Shown piece after piece: positions 49,546 through 57,258 of a DNA stretch of 57,258 nucleotides. Source of the DNA: Octopus bimaculoides. Lineage: Eukaryota. The position numbers and the translations under genes are program-made. The first letter of the stretch is position 1; each line of letters begins with the position of its first letter. Location: contig NC_068983.1 in assembly GCF_001194135.2 (NCBI RefSeq), positions 124,224,137-124,281,394 of the forward strand, in the 5' to 3' direction. The notes beneath the pieces are model-generated. The model had not been told where the DNA came from. It searched no databases and worked only from the letters and a program-made list of their open reading frames with translations.

Positions 49546-50573
49546 TATGAACGAAGCCATTCCTTCTTATTTCTCATGCACGTAATTTGTGTGATACTAT
49601 ATTTGCAGAGTACAAATACGCTATGTTCATTAGATTAAAGAAAAAAAGGAATCAGAAACATAAGTCAACTTGTATGGTTTAGTCGACAGACACTGATTTT
49701 GCTAGAAATTTACAACTAATTCTACGTGGCCCTTAATGTATTTAGTTTAGATATGCCAGTTTTCAAAATTGAGATGACATTCTACTTTACTTTTGTCTAA
49801 ATATATATAATAGGCATTGTTTAAACTTATCATTCAAATGGCAAATAACTTCAATAGAATTTACTTCGCAATAGCAACCTTTCAGTCAAATTCGACGGAA
49901 TTTCTTCATGAGAAACAAAAAAAATTAAGCCTTTTCTTCCATGCTGCATTTTAAGAAGAGACGTAACCACGTATATTAATCAATTTTACTCTGTTTGTGA
50001 TGTCACCTTGTGAAACATGATCTTTAACATTCGAAGAGCTTAGCTTTCGCATTAATTATCCGTACATGTATCAATCACCCTAAAAAATGGCGCCCTAACT
50101 TAAAACGAAAAGAAGCAATGGAAAAGCAATTTACTTATCTTTTATTGGAAGTAGGTTGTGCATTTCTGATCCTGAATAATGGGAAATAATTACCTAGAGC
50201 CGTGGAACTATACCTAACGTGAACTAATAATCAATAGAAAGATATAATTTTCTTTAGTAGTTTTAGTGCGTAATTTCCGAAGTAGATTCTCTTTAAATAA
50301 GCCCTGTTCGTAAATAGGTGCTTCACAGTATGAGTATATGCACATATCTGAAAGTGAAGCAGCATCAAATAGGCTATTCATGTAACCTTAAGCACATAAA
50401 ACATGTAAAGAGTTATGTAAAAGACTTGTAGTTTGAGAATTTAAAGCTGAAATTTTTCTTCTGAAAACATTGCAATAGTAAATGGTTATTCAAGATTCTC
50501 TCCACAATGGAACTTACAATTTATATGCATGTATACATACATATGCTAATACACATATATATGTATATGTATG

Positions 50574-50714
<141 letters not shown>

Positions 50715-51441
50715 GTATGGGTGTATGTATATACGCACATGTATGCGTGATGTGTGCACACACATATACATCTATACATGCATACATGCACATAAAACAC
50801 ACACACACACACACGCACGTACACACGTATAAATACATGTTCTGTTCATGCTACTTGCTGTTATGTAAACTTGTACGTACATTAATACGATTAGTTAGAA
50901 GACATGATCCTCCAATACGAAAAAAAAAAAATCATTCCTTTTATTATAGAAGACAATGTCATCTTACCGATCCTATTAATGTGAAATGGCAGACGGCATC
51001 AGCAGAATAAATATAATTGTATTCTACAAAACGTATTGCGTACTTTTGCCCTGTTCGACATACACAAAATAAATTGATACAGTTTTCTCTTAATCGATAG
51101 AGAAACGTGCATACGTACGTATACACATGCATACACTTACACATTTACACACATGTAGGGAGGTGGCTCCATCGGTCTATGATGAAGATTCAATCGTTCG
51201 AACAAATGAATTACCTGCTCATCGACTTCGTGTGTTCGGCGCGCATATATATCCTCAAAATAGTTGTTAGGCAAAATCAACATCACTCAGTGCATGGCAA
51301 GGCTGAACATTTGAATTACAGGTGCATTCTAACCGAAGAGTCCCCATCCACACAATTTTACGTATAAGCTATCGGTCGTTTCGAGGTTACAGAAAATGAC
51401 ATTTTCATAAGATGCTACGCAGAAGAATGGAGTCCAAGACT

Positions 51442-51472
<31 letters not shown>

Positions 51473-51474
<2 letters not shown>

Positions 51475-51625
51475 CACACGGTCGTGGCTGTGTAGTAAGA
51501 AGCTTGCTTTTCAACCACATGGTTCCTTGTTCAGTCTAACTGCGTGGCAAGTGTCTTCTATAGCCTCACGCCGACTAAAGTCTTATGAGTGGATTTGGTA
51601 GACGGAAACCCGAAAGAAGGCAGTC
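51473..51625 (+). mobile_element. SINE family A head
   Basis: Contains ggcacacggtcgtggctgtgtagtaagaagcttgc…gagtggatttggtagacggaaac. Confidence 0.85.
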
Positions 51626-52420
51626 TCTTCATCCTTCCTGTTTTTCTCTCCCACCCTTTCCCTATTCTTCTCTCCCTTTCACCGTTCCCTCTCTCTCTCT
51701 CTCACTCTTCCTTCTTGACTCTCTGTCCACTGCCTTCCTAAAGAAAAGACGTGTTTTTTCTGTCTCTTCTCTCATGGCACGTCTACCTAGCGTTCAGAAT
51801 AATTTTTCTATCGTCTTGGCTCAACAGCCCTCACCGTTTGTTTTTACTGTCTTGTTCTCACTGTCCTGCTCTTGTTAACACTTTCNNNNNNNNNNNNNNN
51901 NNNNNNNNNNNNNNNNNNNNNNNNNNNNNNNNNNNNNNNNNNNNNNNNNNNNNNNNNNNNNNNNNNNNNNNNNNNNNNNNNNNNNNNNNNNNNNNNNNNN
52001 NNNNNNNNNNNNNNNNNNNNNNNNNNNNNNNNNNNNNNNNNNNNNNNNNNNNNNNNNNNNNNNNNNNNNNNNNNNNNNNNNNNNNNNNNNNNNNNNNNNN
52101 NNNNNNNNNNNNNNNNNNNNNNNNNNNNNNNNNNNNNNNNNNNNNNNNNNNNNNNNNNNNNNNNNNNNNNNNNNNNNNNNNNNNNNNNNNNNNNNNNNNN
52201 NNNNNNNNNNNNNNNNNNNNNNNNNNNNNNNNNNNNNNNNNNNNNNNNNNNNNNNNNNNNNNNNNNNNNNNNNNNNNNNNNNNNNNNNNNNNTATATATA
52301 TATATATATGTGTCTAGTATTTATGGACCTATTGGACTTATTATTTATGATTCTATGAGTCCATTGTAAGTGGCGTTTAGTATTTATGAGCCTATTGAAC
52401 TTAATATTTCTGATGTTTTT

Positions 52421-52980
52421 AAGGTGTCGAGCTGGCAGAATCGTTAGCACGCTGGTGGGTTATGACGTTAGGGTTAGACCCTGTATTATTTTTTTGGTAG
52501 GGGAGATGGTTCCGTTTTTTAGATAGGTGTGAACCAGAATTTGAGTTAAGGCGGCGAACTGGCAGAAACGTTAGCACGCCGGGCGAAATGCTTAGCGGTA
52601 TTTCGTCTGCCGTTACGTTCTGAGTTCAAATTCCGCCGAGGTCGACTTTGCCTTTCATCCTTTCGGGGTCGATAAATTAAGTACCAGTTACGCACTGGGG
52701 TCGATGTAATCGACTTAATCCCTTTGTCTGTCCTTGTTTGCCCCCTCTATGTTTAGCCCCTTGGGCAATAAAGAGATAAGAATCGTTAGCACGCTGGGTG
52801 AAATGCTTAGCGGCGTTTCGTCCGTCTTTACATTCTGAGTTCAAATTCTGCCGAGGTCGACTTATCCTTTTATCCTTTCGGGGTTGATAAAATCAGTACC
52901 AGTGAGCACTGGGACCGATATAATCAACTTATCCCCCCCCCCCTGAAAGTGATGGCCGTGTGCCAATACTTGAAATCAGT
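52421..52980 (+). mobile_element. Cluster of SINE family C: head fragment (52421-52455), full copy (52548-52780), fused 5'-truncated copy (52779-52980)
   Basis: The ctggcagaa.cgttagcacgc motif occurs in all three pieces (without its first bases in the fused copy). The B-box-like GAGTTCAAATTC occurs in the two long copies. Confidence 0.92.
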
Positions 52981-55157
52981 ATTTATGACACTTTTGTTTA
53001 CCTGCCTATCGTTTGCCGAGCCTGTTGTAACTGAGCCCTCTTGATAGAGGCGCTGAAGGTTGGAAGATATTACAAAATTTAATCAAACTAATGACTTCTG
53101 GTTTATCTAGTTCGCCTGAATCCCAATTTTAGTACAGTTAAGCGTTTAATTCCAATTTTATAGTAGTTACGCGGATCAGGGAAGAACCAGTTCCGATAGG
53201 AAAACCATTTTATTATAGGTAACTTAACTCCAGTTATAGTTAAATTCAACTCGGAAAGCCAATGCGATAGTTCTCAAATTGCTATTGCCAACAGTGAAGG
53301 GGTGAAGTGAAAATGGGGTGAGCCGGGAGTTTTGGTCACGGAAACCTCATTATATCAGTGAACTGATACAAAGTGCAGACAACTCGCTTGGCCGCTCTAT
53401 ACTTTGTCAACTCCTTTAGGGCGATATAAAAAATTATCAAGTCCAGTCTACGGTAATCATTAAGAAATCAAATTAAAACGAAGGAATACTCAAAAGATTT
53501 TTGAAAATAAGATATAAAAAAGATAGCTTATAAAATGACAGTTCTAAAAGTTACAAAATTTTCGAACAGCAACATTTTCGTGGTCGATGTTCTTTGTGTT
53601 ACGAAATATGTTAGAAATTAAAGTGGAAATTTGGATGATTGGTATCCTCTTCTAAAAGAGTAAATCTGTGTTACAAGATTTATGGTTTAGTCCCCAAGAG
53701 CTTGTAGATTATAAAGAATTACGAATTTCATTTTTCGCCATATGATCAAATCGTGTGGGATTGGTTTAAGATAAGATGAATGTACGGCTTTAACTTCAAT
53801 AATTGGATAGAATCATTGTTAGTAAAATAAAACATTTTGGCATTCTGGAATTCAGTTTTGTCCATTGCTCCAATATGAAATCAGCAACAGTTATATTTAT
53901 AATTCAAAACTCCATTGTGTCAAATCATATTATGTGCATTTCTAGCTGAAGGGAGGTCACTTGTGTGTTATACCGAATGCATAACGTATAAGGGACTGGT
54001 CAAGAATTCATTAAGCTAGGCTTGATCTGTATTGATTTTAGCCGCACAGATAAACCGGCATAAAGTTACCAGAACAATGGCAGAATGTATATTGTAGTTT
54101 CCTTTCATATTTCCTAGTTTATTTGCGAATTTTTCCATCTGTTATATCGTGAAAAATAATTAAATAGAAATAAATGTTCTCTTCATTTTGTAGTTAACAA
54201 TACAATGCAGGTGTTAAATGGATAAGAGGGAAAGAAATATGGGAAGCAGGTGAAAGTTAAATTTGGTTTTTAAAATGACTACAGAAAGATATTTTAACTT
54301 AAATTAAGAAAATGATAGTAAGATGAGAAAATATAGGTCATTTTTCTAATTAATCGTGGCTTAAAATATGACAAAGATGAAAATAAATTTTTATAAATAA
54401 TGAGTAGAGGACACTTAAATTTATTCGATTATGTTGCTGGTGTATAACATATTGATCCAGGAAGTATTTTAATATTTGCTAACTTGCCTTATCAATATCG
54501 GCACCAAACATTGATAGAATGTCATAGCTTGGTGGGGGAGGAAGGACAGAATCTATTAAATTGAGCTGCTTATACGACTGATATATCTACTCTAAAAGAA
54601 TTAAAGATAAAGCAAATTTAAAAGGCAGTTTCATAGAAAATAAGAAAAAAAGAAGGGACGTGATGATAATTTTAGAGATTCTGCTAACTTAAAACTAAAA
54701 CTACCACACATCTGGTATTTCATCTATCTTAGATATTATATTCATTTACAACTCTATTCCAAACTTTGATCCAGGGCGGAAGACATAGTCTATATGCCTT
54801 ATTTTTCAGAATATTTGCAAATCGTCTCATGTCTCCTTCATGCATCCTGGCCGTATCCTTTTGTGTATAACAACATTACAGTATGCTGACTATAAAGTAT
54901 TGTATACACTTCCATTGTCGTCAGGGTGGTGCATTTATGACATATTCCTTATCACTCTTACGGCGGTGTGCCATTTGACTGTTCAACTTATCGTTTTATT
55001 TATGTAACAGGTCTTTTTCGTTTATGTGCGCGCGCACATGACAGCACACGTACAAATGCACTAAGCGTTCGGAACATCAAATATGTTATTAAATTACATT
55101 TCGTTGCAACCATAATGACGTCTCTAAAATATATTACATACACGCACGCACGCTCAT

Positions 55158-55251
<94 letters not shown>

Positions 55252-56911
55252 CTTAATGCAACAACATGCATCTATCTGTAATGCAAATAACGAGAAGTGT
55301 TTTATTGTGACCACATTTGAGCTTTGCAGAAGATCAGAAACTAATATATTACATGTATAGCTCAAGTTGCATGACATAAACCTCACTAAATATCAACCGA
55401 AGATCCACAAAGATTTCGGCACCTACCAGGCGAATGGATTCCTCTAATACTGCCGAGAAGCATTATGCTAAAGAAATGAACTTCGAATTTTGGGCCCACA
55501 CGTAAGCAACTTTGTTATCCATTTACCCAACACGCCAAACTGGTTGCAGTTTTAATCATTGCAACCATGCGGTAACTATTTTGTTTTATAAGTCACTAAG
55601 GATTTGTTCTTTAATCTTTCTCATACAACTGCTAAATTCATAATGGATCCTTTTCTGCTTTACTTGTCTTCCATTTTGTGAACCCCTCCCCTGTGGAACT
55701 TCCTTAGATCAATTCTAGCCAAATAGGAAATGGTGGATCAACTGAAAACAAATGGATGGAGGAGGTGAAAAACGACAACACAATCATCATCTCCATCATC
55801 ATCAGCAACAACAACAATGTGAAAAACAATATTAGCAAAAACATCATCATCAACAACTACATTATTAACAACTTAATTACAAGAGTTAAATATCTAATTA
55901 AAGTGTTGGAGTATGCAAAATGTTTTTCGCTGTTTTGCTTATAAACGGCTTAACTAAGATTGCTATGCCGTAGCCAACTTCTACATGGAATATCAACGTT
56001 TCATATAATTCTAGTCTAGTTTACTTACCTTAATGCTGGATAATTTCCAGTTAATTCTTTCTTATGATATTAAATTTCAAGATAGTATTTGCTTTCATTT
56101 AATATTTTGGTCGACATCCAAATTAAAACTAATCGAGTGATCCTCTTTAATTCCTGTATTTAGCGATCTTTACCAAGCAAAGTATAATGCTTTTGGATTT
56201 CTGCCTAACATTTTCGAACTCACTTCTCTTCCTGATATCTTGCCAGATGGATTTTCGATAAACCTTTACTTAATTCCATCGTTTCCCTTACAGTCTGCAA
56301 TTTGACTGAATTTAATCTTAATTATTAAGATAATAACTCTGATAGTAACTGAAACACCTTTTCACTGTACTCACAGAACTATTAAGCTTACCAAATGTTT
56401 ATATTCTTATTCAATTTTCAATAATCTGCTATTACGCAATCGGATTTTCGTCGATTTTATAGGAAGCATTGAAGTAAATTAATCTAAGCTATAAGAACTA
56501 TAGTAATTAGGATTGAGTATCCAGACGGCAAATGCCATAGTTTTGGCGGAGGAGTTTGCTTATTTTTCAGGAAAAAAAATGAATTTAAAAATGAAGATAA
56601 AATGCAAGAAATTGAACTGAACTGAAAGAAAAGAAAGGAGATTAACAAAAGATAATAGGATATCATATTTTATAGCAGATTAAGAGAACTGTGTCATGAT
56701 TACTTCTCATTTCTTAGCTCCAGGTCCCCTTGAGTAATCCACTATCCTATTCCGATTAAGACTTCGCACAGTAAAGGTATGAAAACTGCTAATAAGTCCT
56801 GAAGAAGCACAGTAACTAGGGATTGCTGGGGCATAGAACTGTACAGCTAGATTCTTATTTCAATTGTATTTAGAACTACTGGTTGAATTCATTTTTCTGT
56901 TTGCCTGTTTG

Positions 56912-56953
<42 letters not shown>

Positions 56954-56957
<4 letters not shown>

Positions 56958-57021
56958 CCGGTTGATTTTCGCTCCCGTTAAGACTACGAAGCGGTAACGG
57001 GAGCGAAAATCAACCGGGATA
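56954..57021. repeat. Perfect 27-bp inverted repeat at the LINE 5' junction
   Basis: 56954-56980 is the reverse complement of 56995-57021, with a 14-nt spacer. Confidence 0.95.
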
Positions 57022-57258
57022 AGTCAGTGGGCTTGCGGCTCGGCACCTGGAGAAGCAGGCCCATGCCGTCAAGCAGCGCCTCCGTCGTGGGACGTTGGAA
57101 TGACGGTCCGGTTGAGTTGCTCGGGGTCTGGTTTGGTCCAGACCTCCAAACGGAGAAGAACTGGGACGAGATAACGAGAAGGGTGGCCACTCTAGCCCGG
57201 CAATGGGCTGAGAGGAAGCTTTCCCTAAAAGGTCGGGCGGAGGTGGCGAACACGTACA
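56982..57258 (+). CDS. L1/Tx1 ORF2 RT C-terminal part, 5'-truncated and running off the window
   Basis: 92 stop-free codons read DYEAVTGAKINRDKSVGLRLGTW..ELLGVWFG..KNWDEI..QWAERKLSLKGRAEVANTY. The segment is GC-rich. Confidence 0.88.

Noticed and set aside
56080-56850. Possible CR1/L2 linker remnant on the minus strand (NPKALY)
   Set aside because: It is a single weak motif.

Overview
AT-rich, gene-poor animal genomic DNA from a gapped draft assembly, with eight large N gaps and several 10-N joins. The SINE families and extreme microsatellite load resemble Octopus or another coleoid cephalopod; this is from recall and was not database-checked. No host protein-coding exon could be supported. 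The window is a layered graveyard of mobile elements. Non-LTR retroelements include RTE, L1/Tx1, CR1/L2-like and R4/Dong-like fragments, plus Penelope-like pieces with minimal hammerhead ribozyme motifs. There is also the 3' end of a Gypsy LTR element. DNA transposon remains include mariner (split by an inversion), hAT-Buster, Chapaev3-like fragments, a piggyBac-like MITE and two GG-ended foldback elements with 8-bp TSDs. Four tRNA-derived SINE families are present. The most interesting signals are (TACA)n and (TAA)n tracts that appear to be reused landing pads for REL-type LINEs, the hammerhead motifs, the foldback elements and a pre-miRNA-sized hairpin. All translations and alignments were done by eye, and boundaries of degraded elements are approximate.
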